A stretch of DNA of 63,768 bases, filler included, from Choristocarpus tenellus KU-1152 (lineage: Eukaryota; Protista; Phaeophyceae): assembly GCA_964200185.2 (NCBI GenBank). It is 10 parts of 10 records of this genome, joined end to end, with 100 filler letters (N's around TTAATTAATTAA, not from the genome) between each part and the next. Parts side by side here need not be neighbours in the genome. Positions count along the whole stretch, not along the records: positions 1 to 14,604 come from CAXNAD020001153.1; 9 more parts are not named here. One strand, given 5' to 3'. Made by a program: the position numbers and the translations under genes. Below, piece by piece: positions 1 through 14,049 of the stretch (position 1 is the stretch's first letter; every line of letters starts with the position of its first letter). A model generated the notes under the pieces. The model ran no database searches. It saw only the letters and a list, made by a program, of their open reading frames with translations, and had not been told where the DNA came from.

Positions 1-2649
1 TTTGGCCCCCAAATGGACGCGGCTCTACCCTCTCTAAGATACTTTAGCTCCAGGGGGGATTGTGTTGTGAAGAGAAGAAAATTGTATTGGGCTGTTTTAC
101 ATTGCGTAAGGGATTTTGGTATGTACTATTGTCATGCCGAGAGAGGAGGGGAGAGATCGTCAATAGTACTAGGGAAACAAGCAATGAAGACCATAACAAT
201 TTTAACAATGATGTAGCCTATTGAGATTTATCCATGCAATCACCCTGCCCCTCTATCTCATCAAATTATTCGTATGATTATTACTATAAACATTAATATT
301 ATAGACAGAGATACCGCCTCTTCTTAGTGAGACCCCTCCCCCCCACCCCCCCCCCGCTCCCCCTCCTGTTCTTGTTTCCTCATGACTGCCTATTTCTTAG
401 GGTTAGGGTTACTGGAATGGTCCACATTGTCATACCTGCCTAAACTTGTAGTAGACAAAGTGGGTTGGGAAAATGAGTCTTGGTTCAAGGAGGCTGCTGA
501 TCGTTTGACTGGGGACAAACTGGTCCAGTTCTGTTTGCGTCAATGGTGGGCATGCCTAGAATTCTATGACTTGGAGTAGACGCCCATATTTTGTCGTTGT
601 TCCTAGTATAGAGTGTTCTTGAGTATGTTGTATCTGTTGGTTGAGCTAAGTGATAGAAATATAAGCGATGCCATTGTGATTTGGCTGGGAGATGCTACAG
701 ACCTTGGTGTTGTATTTCTGGTGCATACACATAACAAAGTACAATGTTGGCATAGTAAACTCAGTTCCATGGAGGTTCCTATGATGATTTGTTTTTGGCA
801 TTGATCCAAAAAATATTTAGATATCTTAATGCCTATGCTTTTGGAGGCACCATATATTTTTCATGGTGGCAAAGGACAATTCGTAACACACCTAGAGATA
901 ACACCACACAGGGCGTTCGGACTTGCTCTGTTCTGAAATAGGATAAATAGATAGGTGCATATCATCATTGACAAACAAAACTTCAACATTCTTCTCAGAA
1001 GGGAGCGATCATGTCTTCCTGCTGTTCTAACAGACAGTCAACACATTTTGGTGTGGCTACGACCTTGAGGGTAAGAGAGTGACCAGGATACTCTCTTCTA
1101 GAATCACGAGAACTGTCAGCTTTGAATATCCTCTTACCATGTTATGTATGACACACTGATACATAGAGCAGACAAGGCTATAGAGTTGTCATCAACCTGG
1201 GCTGGGCAATGAGATGTCATCACAGGCTAACATGTGGTGATTAAGGTATACTGCTGTATTGAAATGTGAGGGGTGGTAGGATTACTTCTTACAGTCCTAG
1301 TAGTTCACGACAGTGTCCAAATTCAGCTGGGTCAGATTGCTCAACCTGTCCTTATGTGGGAAACCTTTTCATGCTCCATTTCCTTGTAATCCAATACAAA
1401 TTAGATAGGAACTGACATAAAGGTCTCAAGACTTTCCAGAATGACATGCATACCACTATATATTAAGTAGACTTTCAAAAAGAGGTATGTTGTTTGTGTA
1501 CTCACCTAATTGCTCACTCCTACTACTGTACTCTTAGTATTCAAAGGTAATCGACTCCTATACAGGTGTCGCCCCTCTTGACAACATCTCTTCGAAATGT
1601 CATTGAACGTAAAGATGTATAGGTGGTTTTCATTTATTATGAGTATTATGTAAGCAATGCACCAAGTGTTTCATGTGCAAAATCAAATAGGTATGTTCAC
1701 ATCTCCTGGAGAAGAATACGGCTCTGAGGTGTATGCACTGAACGGAATACATGTGATCAATAACCTCCACTCTACTGCCCACCCTACCCAGCAGAACCAC
1801 CACGATTGCTACAAGTCTAAAGGACACAGAACACACCATCCAGGCTTAGAAGACACAAATTCCGTAGCCTGGATGCTCTCAACGAATCTCCTTGATCTTT
1901 CCAATAGATGATAGCTTCAGCTGAGTCTATTTTGATGCACAAGGTGCTATGCAACAAATAATGCTCAACCTCAGGACTGTTCTCCTACCACACTCGCTAC
2001 CAAACATACAAGAGTCATCTATTGTAGAAAATGCTTGTTCTTCATCCTTCCCTTTAACGTCTTCAGTCAGACAAATCAACCTATCAGTCTCAAACGACAA
2101 ATGTCTTACTGATGATGGGCTATACATCACTTCTGTCATAGATTATCTCACCAATACGGTCATTGCAATAGGGCCAAGAAACAAAGACTCCATCTACTCC
2201 AAATTCTTTCACCCGCAGCACATCACACACAATGAAAGAAGATCAACCACATGTTGCATCTGTCTGCCCTAAACAATCACGGATCAGCCTGCACATTGTA
2301 GCAATGCAACATCAAATACAATTCGAGAAGAAGCAATACACACACTCCTCAAGTATACACATACATCCTCAAGGTAGGGGACACTTTGATGAAAGATACA
2401 ACACTATACTACCAACAAAACGCAACAGCAGACCCTGCATGCATGGAATCATCATTTGTAACCAAATCACTATCCAAAGAAGAGAACAAGAGAGCCTAAC
2501 CCGAAGAAGGAAATATGTACTCTGCAAACACTGTCCGCCAACCTGTCAATGCCATCACCACTAGTGTTCAAGAAACATTGGCCTTCATTGTCAAATGGTT
2601 TCAAGAGATTGATTGTATGTGATTTTCAAAGATAAGTAAGCCACAAGGC

Positions 2650-5600
2650 TCAAATGTCAGGGGTGGAAGTACCGCCTGGACCCTCCCCAAACGCCCTGTG
2701 AGCCTCTCCCATATCCACCTCGTCCACCATAGCACTAGGGTCTGAGTTTTCATCCCAAGAACCTTCCTCAATACCTCCCCAACCTGCCATCCATTCACCC
2801 ATGGACGCCTCAAGAGCACCAACAGGCCACTGTTGTGACTTTAAGTCTACCCATTCCTGAATCTCCTCATTTTCTGAATTAGCATCCAAAGCCCAGGGGG
2901 GGAGTGCAACTGCAGCATTTGGGGAGACTATATTCCGCTCTCCACGTTCACAGGCAAACATGGTTTTGACATGCTCCACTTCATCATCCCGAATGTTCCT
3001 GCCAGAGGAAGCACCAAGGAAATAGAGTGTGTGAGGTGGTAGAAGGATGGGACCAAAGTGGATGGAACATATTGGTATGTGGATGAGCAGCAAAAATGCC
3101 AGATAAAACAACACACGACCCAATCTCAAAGAGTGAATAGGTCTCAAGAGATTGTATGCTAGATATGGAAAACCTTCTACACTTAAGAACACATGCGTGT
3201 GCCTCAACAGCCAGGGGTTTGGAAATAAAAGTCTCGAGAACTTTGAGACTTCATAAAGACTTCATAAAGACTTCATAAACAATAGAAATTCAAAATTTCG
3301 CAGCAACCAACACTTCCCAGGCCTCTCCTCTGGAATATTCACTACAAGTACCTCAACTACTTTGGTGAATGATGCCAATACTATAAAAAAAAAAAGCACC
3401 TTCGAATGAACGGAACAAACAAAAAATGCTACGAGCGATTGGAACACGCTTCTCACAATGCTCACAAAACATTCATCAATGAACACTTGTCCTGTGCATC
3501 TCTTCTTGTACATCAACACACACACAAATACTCCAAATATTTACCAATACAATAGCCCAGACCACACAGTAAGCCACTGCCTTCGAGTGTGTACTAACAG
3601 GGAACACCACAAGCAAGAGGCAAACAAGAATATCATAACTTTAACACACTTTTATTCAACTTAAGACCCTTTGTTCAACTCAACACCCAAGAAGGACATC
3701 TTACCCCCACTACCATGTCCCACCTAGTACTTGGAGTATGACTTCCTAAAGCCTAGGAGTCATGAAGATTGCATGAGTAGTAACAGCAGGTATGTATATT
3801 TAACCATTCAAGGCCGTTGAATCAACATGGAAGTAACGGAAAATTCAATACAAAAGAAAAAAGGAGGGTGTAACTTTCATCCCCCCATCATTTGTAAAGC
3901 GTCCTCACACCCTCCCAAGGAATTCGCTCACCGGAAAACATCATAAAGGGATCGGATGATAGGGCGACGGCTGTAGGCAGGCCGGGCTGTCTGAAACTCA
4001 TCAAACAGGTACATATCTCCTGCAGTATAATATTCCAACGCCTGGACACACCATCAACACAATCAATCATCACACAGCATCAGCACATACACAAAGGTCA
4101 ACATATTTAGGTCACCTTGATGAGGGTGTATGAAGATAAGAGTTAGGGTTAGGGTTTCATGTAGTCGAAGTGGTCCTGACTGAAGGTGATCGAATTGCTA
4201 CCGTGAGGCTGTGACCAGCTAAGATAGTACTAAGGAGTACCTAGTATCTATTTCAGAATATCACAACTCACTATAAATCTGCCACAAAATTTACAGAGCG
4301 TACCATTTTCCTCTTTGAGTCTTGTTGAGACTTGTAACAGCATTCACATCTGCACACAGTCAGTTCAAACTCTAGTCATTACCAAACAATCACAATCACC
4401 ACCAATCCGCTTCACAACCTTGAGCCATGTGCACAACAGCGGTTGCAGGCTAAAGAGGCTGTTACCTCCAGGAATTTTGAGGTTTCGAACCCAATCACTA
4501 CCAGGCTTCTTTCTCGTAGAAATATAGTGCTGGATAGTCCAAGTCCACACAACAATCAGTTGACATTGTACACCAATAGTAATAAATACTACTATCATCT
4601 TGTCCGTCTGCTGCTATACCACAAGCACACCACACGAAGAATATGGTGGTTGTAAGGTGGAATTGCTAAGAAAGTGGAGATGGTTCCAGCAAAAGATGTG
4701 AAGGGGTACAACTAGAAACAGATCAAGAGCAAGTACATAGTTTGAGAAGTGAAGTAGTAAAACAGTGTGTAGTGCCTATGGCCACAGGTTGGGATAGTCC
4801 CCAGACTAGAGTGAAGATAATAATCATAAGCAGAGAAAAATAGACCTCTACCTTGGGCGGGTTGCCTGACCAATCCAGGAAATGTCAATGGTTTCTGCTG
4901 GCTACAAATATTGGGGTTGGTAGGACAGTATAATGCCAATCGATCATTGAAAGGATAATGTGTATCTGAAATGATGACAACGGTTTCATCCACACAGGAC
5001 AGTAACAGTGGTCACAACTTATCAGTATATCACAATACTTCAATACTCAAACTGAAGATATACAATTGGTAAAAATAGCATCAAAGACCAGAATCTACAT
5101 ACAACCATGAAGTACTCACTCATCGCATATGATCCAACAGCATCAATATATTATCTTGATATTAAAATTAGAATAACCCAACAATCACACTTCAGCCCTG
5201 TTGCACACCCTCACACCTCCTCCTCTTACACCCTTCACCTGCTTAGTTGGAGGCAGGCTTTTGAGCAGGTCCTTGTTGGCCTCAATGAACTCGGAGTAGG
5301 TGTCCACAGCATGACTTTCAAGGAGCTCGCTGAAGTTGTATGCCAAGAAAGGTGAAATGAGATACCCCTGAAGATTAAAAAATATAATAGTAAGAAAATG
5401 CAGTAGTGGTCAGCTTCTGAATTCAAATACTTGGTATATCCCACATGATCAAACATATGTAACCAAATGTTGCTATCTGTACCCAACCTCTATACCTCAC
5501 TCCTCCACTCACTGTCTCATCGCACCATCAATCAACACTCCTGGCAACAGCATTCCTTGGGAGCTGTATATGGTGTAGATATTTTGACATCATTGTCTCT

Positions 5601-8600
5601 ATGACACTACAACTATATCTTTGGGTTAGGGTTAGGGTTAGGGTTTGTCAAAATAATACGAATAATAATTGATATAAAGAACACGGTATAACAATAGCTA
5701 AGAAAAAACCCCAAAAATATCAGCATGTCACTGGCAGCTCCAATTAATGAGGGAGGAGGGAGGGGATCAGATACATATCACAAACTGACCATTCTTGTAT
5801 AAAATTCTATTAATAGCAATGCTTCTAAAAGGTTCAAAAGCACCAAATAGGCACCAACAACGCATTTATACTATCCTATGTATATTATACTATACTATGT
5901 AATTGACAGCAAACCTATAGAGAAACAATAAAAATGAACTATTTATTTCTTATTTCAAGGGTCATTTCATCTCTTCAAGGATTTCATTAGCCTCTTCAAA
6001 AATAAAAATGAGATAACAATGACAACCAGTCAGCCAGAGTTGAAACCAAAGCAATGCACAGATTCCACCCATCATTAAGTTTATGAGCTAAAGCCACTTG
6101 CAACTCTTTCGTAAGTAAAAAATATTGCTACTGTCATCATAAAATATTGCTACAACTTTAACCTGGAAAATTACAACCCCTGAACCTCCAATCTACAATA
6201 AAAATTAACATAGTGTTCAAATATTTAAAACCGTTGTCTCCCCCTCCTCCTCCCCCTCCCCATCAAACCTATCCCACTAAACTGTCCAAGTGTTTGTACT
6301 TACAAGATTAAGCACCCAATAGTACAAGATTGCTGCATGCCTGGCCATGAACCTGTCAGACCAACGCTCATCACCTCCAAGGGACTCCATTATCTTGAGA
6401 TGTTGCAGCTCATTCCATTCCTTCCAAACAAGCACACACACGTTCATCAAGTTTTGTTAGCATTATTATTATTATAATTGGTATACTTCAAGAACAAGAT
6501 AGAGTTAGGGTATAAAAACTAGGGTCGGTTGCATTGATTGGGTTAGGGTTAGGGATTAATGTCTCGCTGGGAATTGCATTCTTGGTCCCAAGTAACTACA
6601 TGTGGAACACTATATCAATTTCATTGTGATTAGCATGGTTGGCATCAAACTCACAGGGGTATGTACATGTATGTTTGAAATGTTGAATGCATACATACAC
6701 ATAGATATGTATGATCTACACATAGATATGTGTGATCAAGTAAAGAGGTACTCAAAATTGACACTAAGTATGTGGTGCTGTACCTGTGCCAACCTCAACT
6801 GCCCGAATAGCTCAATAGTCTCCTCAATAATAAATAATAAATAATAAATAATAAATAATAAATAACACATCCTTACTGATTACAGCCCTTGCACCCTTTG
6901 ATCATGTTACAGTACCTTTCCACGGTCCAGAATAGGAATAGGAATAGGAATAGAAATAGGAATAGGAATAGGAATAGGACCTCCCCTAGTGACCTGCCTC
7001 CCTACTCCAGTCTTCTCTTCTGGTAGGGTTAGGGTCTGGTATGGACGCGCAAACACCACAAAAATCTCTTTTTTCCCAACCTGCAGCACCTGAATCTCTT
7101 CAACCGTGTTGCTTGACTACATTTGTCGAAAGAAGGTACAGGCCTACAGCGGTACACAACTAGGGTACACTGACTTTCTTTGTCAGGTAGGACATTCATT
7201 GCGAGGGTATCTGTCTCCTTTGAGGACAACCATCATTTCATTTCCTGCACATTTTTTTTCTAACACATAGCCCCGCCACTACTCTTCCTACAAACAGAGA
7301 CTCAAACCCTAACCCTAACCTACAAACAGAGACTCAAACCTTAACCCTAACCCTACATCTCCTCAATGTCCTTCAATCACAAATCACTCACTGGGTGGAA
7401 ACATAACCCTAACCCTAACCCTTCCCTATCCCCCCCAACAAAAGACAGTCAAATAGGAGAGTTGGAGTAAAAGTAACAAATATATTACCCAACCCTTTGC
7501 CAAAAATAACTATCTTCCACAAACACTGCAATGGGCATGAAAGCTGCCATAGAAATATCCCAACCATATGCTTGTAACCCCTAAAAAAATATACGTATGT
7601 ACAAATAGTGATTCATCGCTCTCTAGCAAATCCCAAACAACCAATCAAATTCAGCAGGACCAGTACACTTGCCACAAAAAAAAACAGGGCAACTGATAAC
7701 ATCCCCATATCCCTCAACTATTACAACCAAACAACTCATTTTCAACAAAATAATAGTATCGTCATAGCATTGTAACTAGGACAGCTGTCAGCTAATAGTT
7801 ACTTGATATTTGATATTTACAAGTGAGCATGCTCAGACAAGGTGACAAGGTTTCATACACAAGATACGTTTGAGTGTATGTATGATGTATGATGTATGAT
7901 GTAGGATGTGAGTTGGTCTGTGCTCACCTCGGCAAAATGTACCTTGCGAACCTCTGACCCAGCTGTCCACCACCCCAAGGTCTCATACAGGTGGAGCATT
8001 GAAAGGTATGAGAAATAAGGCACTCTGTCTCACAGTTCATCCACGTTTGATGCACACACATTTATGTGTACACACATTTATGTGTCATGGCCAAAGGCAA
8101 ACCAGTTCAAGAGAGCAAGAAGTAGGCAGTCATGGGGAAACAAGAACAGGAGGGGGAGCTTGGGGGGGGGGAGGGGGAGGGGTCTCACTAAGAAGAGGCA
8201 GTATCTCTATGTCGACACCCAAAGCATCAGTTGCAGTTAGTCTCCACTCTATAATATTAATGCTTATAGTAATAATACTACTACCAATTTGGTGAGAGAG
8301 AGTGGTAGGGTGATTGTATTGATGAATCTCAATAGGCTGAATGAAAGGATGGCACAATAGGCTACAATATTGTTAAAATTATTATGGCCATCATTGCTTG
8401 TTTCAGTAGTACCATTGATGACCTCTCCCCTCCTTTTCTCTTGACATGATAATAGTACATAATACCAAAATCCCTTACATAATGTAAACCATCCCAATAC
8501 AATTTTCTCCTATTCAGAACCCTAATCAAAGTTGAGAAATTGAACCATCTGACATCTATTTTTGAGGTTTTGTCCTCAACATCTTGAAATGGAGCTCTAA

Positions 8601-8772
8601 TGTGATCAACACACTCATGACATACTTAGGGTTAGGGTTATCTGAAAGCAAACAACACCTGGTACAAAACAAACAAACGTCCACAACTAAAGAAAAGTCT
8701 ATTCAATGACAAATACCATCACAACACTCTCTTCTGTGCTGGTTACACATGACATAGATAGTCGCATCACAG

Positions 8773-8808
<36 letters not shown>

Positions 8809-11800
8809 TATATATATATATATATATTCATATACACGCCTCCATATTGTCTGAAACACCTGCAGTATGAACACCCGCAATAAATCGGTTTTCCTTAATA
8901 TAGATGAAGTTTCGTGCTATGCCATCTTTATGAGTACTTGGGCCATTGACTAAGTGTCTACTACATTGACTAAGTGTCTACTACAACATTGACTAAGTGT
9001 CTACTACAACATTGACTAAGTGTCTACTACAACATTGACTAAGTGTCTACTACATCGACTAAGTGTCTACTACAACATTGACTAAGTGTCTACTACAACA
9101 TTGACTAAGTGTCTACTACAACATTGACTAAGTGTCTACTACAACATTGACTAAGTGTCTACTACAACATTGACTAAGTGTCTACTACATTGACTAAGTG
9201 TCTACTACATTGACTAAGTGTCTACAACATTGACTGAGAATGATCATATTCTTCCCTCCGTTGTTCCTGTCAAACAGCGAAAAGCTAGTGACTCAATGTA
9301 CAAATGGACAAAAGATTAAACAGAAAGGAGGAAGTATTGAGAGATGGAAGAACAACAGAAACTGTAGGTGGACTGACCGAAGAGGTCTGAGGTCTCACTG
9401 ACAACAAATAAAACAAACAAAAAATCGATTGCCAACAGACTGATTGGCTACAAGGTAGAGGATTCCACAGTGAGTAGACACATACACCATACTAACATAC
9501 ATAACCAATCTTCTGAGCAGTGCTGGAGAACATCATTGTTGCTTAAGCCCCACCTCCCCCCACCCCTCCAACTCAGAATAACTGTGCATTGAATTTTATC
9601 TCCCCAAAATAGTGCAGCCCAAAGACAAAGGCATCTAACATTCCACTAAACACACAATAAAATTACTCACAAGAACATAACAGTCACCTTCCATCCTCCA
9701 TCGCTATTTTCAAGGCACTACTAATCCTTTCCCTTTCCAAACACATACAAAGAGTCATTCCATAGCAAAGAGGTGAAGCCTGATTACTCCCTCACTCCCT
9801 CCTTTCCATACCCAAAGCGGCACTTCATATTGGCATCCATAATTCCTCTGCTACACATTATGAACAGGCAATCAGCTACCCCTAACTCCAACCCCAACCC
9901 CAACCCTAACCCTAACCCAATTCACCTCTACACCAGAACAGTACCTTGCAACTGTCTCCAAGAACCAGAAGCGCTGTATCGGTCGGTCCTCAAACACAAA
10001 ATCTGAGTACAGAAGAGTAATGCCAGATATGCAGGGGACATACAAAGGGTTAGGGCTTACTAGGTGATACGGTTTGATCATGAAAGAAACTGTTCACTGT
10101 GTCTGTTGGGTGTTGCCGTACACCTTCAGGTGTGTACCTTATATTGTCATACGAACCCACCCAACCCTCCAAATTGGGGAAAGATTTTCTCATCTCTGAT
10201 ATATTGTCAAAACAGTGGATCAACACATTGTGGAACCCTAACCCTACAAATAGTCAATCCCATTACCATTATCATTAATGAAACCCTAACCCCAATTTGT
10301 TGAAATGTTACTGCATGATATTCGGCATGTGTGAAAGTGTGAGGTGTGCCTGAGTGTCAATGAACAGAGCAATGACCAACAATCATATCTTGGTTGTGAG
10401 TGAGAAGTCAATCCCTAATGGTACTACAGTCTCTATTGCCGTGAAAGAAGATTCTTCCACCAGGTCACTACCACTCTCACTGTCATTTCAAAACTTACCA
10501 GTTCCTACTTGCAATATCACATTCAAGTGGAACTAGCAACAGAATGCTTAACTGGTCCAAACTTTGTTCCTGCCACAATTTCACAATCATCACCATGAAA
10601 TAAATACACACATATCAACACTAAGTGCCTTCATCATGCCCTCCTCTCTCTGCATCTCTAATTGGATAACACTTCTAACTCGAACAACATAATAATAAAT
10701 ATAAAAATGAAAAATGAGAAAGTGAATACCTGCAAAATCTGTAGTAATTCTTACATCCCCACTGATGGGTCCTAGTACAACATATGTGATCGACTTTCTT
10801 CAAAGCAATAACAAAAAATCAAACTATAGTGAAGGTAGTAGTATAAAATAGTAGACAGTAATAATAACCACTTAGAGTACAAATCTATATATTCTATGTC
10901 CATCATGGAAAAAAAATGATAACAATCCTAACCCTAACCCTAGCCACCCTATCCTCACACCACTAATACAATGAGCACAAGCAACCGCAACTGCTCTTAG
11001 TGCCTCCACAATCTTATCAAACCCTTACCTTACACCTCTCAGCACGATTGCCACTCCAATCACGACCACAGAATCCCTAGGCCAACCAAACAACTGTCAA
11101 ATCTAACCCTAACCCTAACCTTGAGCAGGCAGGAACAGTACCAAAAAACTGAGAAATATATTTATACACATAACACACATATATGTTTATATAGAGATGT
11201 GAGGCGTCCCTACCGGCAACACTTTTCCCCCTTTAACTAAAGGTAACATGAAAGCTTGTCTTTTCCTTCATTCTACAAACAAAAATATGTTCCCAAAGAG
11301 AATACATACTCCTCTATCCATTAAGACTGTATTGTTATGGTTTTTGAGAGTAACTTTTTCAAATGTGAGATTCATAAATAACAAATAATATAGTTCGAAA
11401 AGCCAACAACTTTGGCTTGCACATAGATATCTTCAAAATGTTTTTTCATTTCGAAATGGTGGAGAAACCGTCTACTGAACACTTTTTGGGGGGGGTTTTT
11501 TCGGGGAAATGTCAGATTTAGGCAAAAAACAGCAAAATTGGCCAAAAGTGACCGGAAATTGTGGTTGATCGACCATAATGTTCTCAATGAGACCTCCGAT
11601 GAAGACACGGTTACTTTTGTTGGATTCCTTGGCGATTTTTGCATTGAAGGCATTATTCTTCACTCTCATTTTCTCCTGAGGGTGTGTTCTGGATCACTTG
11701 ATCCCTGTTGATATAGACGTTTACAACTTGGCCACAACTTGGTGGTTTCAGGTATTGATAGAAAATGAGAGTGAAGAATAATGCCTTCAATGCAAAAATC

Positions 11801-12969
11801 GCCAACGAATCATCCAACAAAACCAACCGTGTCTTCATCGGAGGTCTCGTTGAGAACATTATCAACCACCATTTCCAGTCACTTTTGGCCAATTTTGCTG
11901 TTTTTTGACTAAATCTGACATTTCCCCGAAAAAAAACCCAAAAAAAGTGTTCAGTGGACGGTTTCTCTACCATTTCGAAATGAAAAAACATTTTGAAGAT
12001 ATCTATGTGCAAGCCAAAGTTGTTGGCTTTTCGAACTATATTATTTGTTATTTATGAATCTCACATTTGAAAAAGTTACTCTCAAAACCCATAACAATAC
12101 AGACTTAATGGATAGAGGAGTATGTACTCATATTCTTCTCTTTTTCACATATTCAAGAATGCTAACCCTAACCCTAACCCTTAAGCCCTTAAGAGGGGAA
12201 AGAACTATTCATCACCTTGCTACTACAGCACCCACCCCACAACCCTTTCCCTGACCAATCAAATCACAGGTACAGGCATAACACACCTATTATTGATATA
12301 CTACATATTGTACCACAGAAGTGAAGTCACATGTTACCAGGCCATATCCAAACAGAGTTCTATTATATTTTTTTTTGTGAGAGGAAGGCATGAGATAGAT
12401 AGACGGACTTCTAATAAATCAAAAGGGAAAATCAACGTCCATTTCCATCAAACTTTGCTTCCATCCATGTCAAACTACTGAAGTGGCCTCCATCGATCGG
12501 TGAAATCAATGTCCACAGTCTTGTTTAAAAAAACCCAACAACAACAACAACAACAAACCTTGAGTACTCTTTCTTATCCATCTAACATTCTTGATCAAGG
12601 TCTTGATCAAGGTCTTGACCAAGGTCTTGACCAAGGTCTAACCAGAACAAACAACAAGCAACCAAGGGAGGACACAACAAATCCCCTTCTCAAACTCCCT
12701 TCTCAAACTTACCAAGAAAAATGCAGAGTACCCTATATGGCCAGTAAACAGCCAAAGGTGTCTGTGTGCGAAGGATTTCCCCTGCCTCTACCACTCCCTT
12801 CCTGGATTCCCTCTTCAACATGGCACGGGTAGCCTCCATGCGGTTCTTCTCCCTGAGAGTGATGGCCTCATTGCTCAGCTTCAGTTCCTTGAGTCGATTC
12901 TGCAGCTTCTCACTGTTGGTATCGCTTGGTACGGATGACAATGAGGGATGCAACCTGTCAAATACTGAT
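2650..12969 (-). CDS. PTOX: Plastid terminal oxidase (alternative oxidase family di-iron quinol oxidase), 5'-partial
   Basis: GT-AG exons 12969-12713, 10002-9945, 8024-7928, 6420-6304, 5367-5239, 4041-3932 and 2998-2650 splice in frame. The product reads ...[50 protein letters not shown]...[40 protein letters not shown]...[23 protein letters not shown]...[15 protein letters not shown]...[19 protein letters not shown]. All four iron-ligand motifs (E, ExxH, E, ExxH) are present. The start exon was not found before the contig end, and the first acceptor position is approximate. Confidence 0.96.
8944..9236. repeat. Minisatellite, 20/23-bp unit CATTGACTAAGTGTCTACTA(CAA), about 13 copies, intronic
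   Basis: Directly visible head-to-tail repeats with no unique spacers. Confidence 0.95.
11305..12124. mobile_element. Foldback MITE (Tc1/mariner-like, TA target) in a PTOX intron
   Basis: Near-perfect inverted arms 11305-11674 and 11760-12124 enclose an ~85-bp spacer. TA flanks both ends (11303-11304, 12125-12126). Confidence 0.85.
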
Positions 12970-14049
12970 CTGGGTTTCCACACCAAGGAACGGCGGAGGG
13001 GAGAGGGGGAAAGGTGTGTATCACTCAAATCAGTAGAGGAGGAAATGTGGCAAAAAGGTTTTGTATTTTGTGGGATGGCGGGGGTGCAATAGGGGGTTAG
13101 GTGGAGTTGGTAGGATCATGAGGCAAGTACATCATACTGAGCAGTGTTTTCTGTGCACTATTAAAAGGAGGAGTATGTTAGCCCTGTTAGGGGAAATTCA
13201 AGAGAGAGTTTGAATCCGGGGAAAAAACTTGGGCTGTGGATGAGGTTGTTCTCATAGGTGTTGCAGGTAGGTGCTATGCGAGCTTTATTGTTTGCAAAGT
13301 AGATGAGATCAGATGGTGGATACTTTGAAATCGGCTGTTAGCTAAATGATGCGGACCTCTTCCCCCACCTTTGATAAATCAACTGGTCACATGGCATCAA
13401 ACAAAGAGAATAGGACTTCTTATAGGAAAAAGGGATAAATAGTGATGACAAAGAAATAAATAAATTCAAAGAGTGGTATGGGTGTGGTAATCATGCCCCT
13501 GCGGTATCCTGCAACAGCATAAACCACCTATTTTTTCTTTAAAAATCAAATCGCTGGACACATACACAGCAATCAAATCTTATAACCTGTTTTTATACCT
13601 CTTGACTGTATGCATGAATGAACCCTAACCCTAACCCAAATATGGTACCAAAAAAAACTAATACTACTACTGTACACACTTATTAATACTATCATTATCA
13701 GTATTAATACCAGTGCTGCAGTGCTAATAGACATGAATTCCCCTGAGTCAGTCAGAAATTTATGAGAAATTTACGAGAAATTTCCATTACCAGTTGTGCA
13801 TTCCTGACAGCCAGTTCCTCCCCCAGTGTGTACCACAACAAATATACCCAAGACTTGTCGAAATTTATCCCCATCAGCACATCATGCCAAGGTATGTAGC
13901 CTCCATTCTCATTCATTCATCTACCCCAATGTCACTTGACAATGCATCAATTTGCCTAAGCTGACCTCCCCCTACACTACTGTTCAGACTACATGGTTAG
14001 GGTTAGGGTTAGAATTAAAGATGGTGTGACGTCACCAACACCTTTAGAC

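Noticed and set aside
380-2600. Several 60-110-aa ORFs downstream of PTOX
   Set aside because: No motifs or consistent splice structure; likely UTR, intergenic or decayed repeat sequence.
8944-9236. Possible CRISPR array
   Set aside because: The units are head-to-tail with no unique spacers, lie in a eukaryotic intron, and no cas genes are present. It is a minisatellite.
11372-12012. ORFs in the foldback element as a transposase
   Set aside because: They are short, have no DDE motif, and simply read through the inverted arms.
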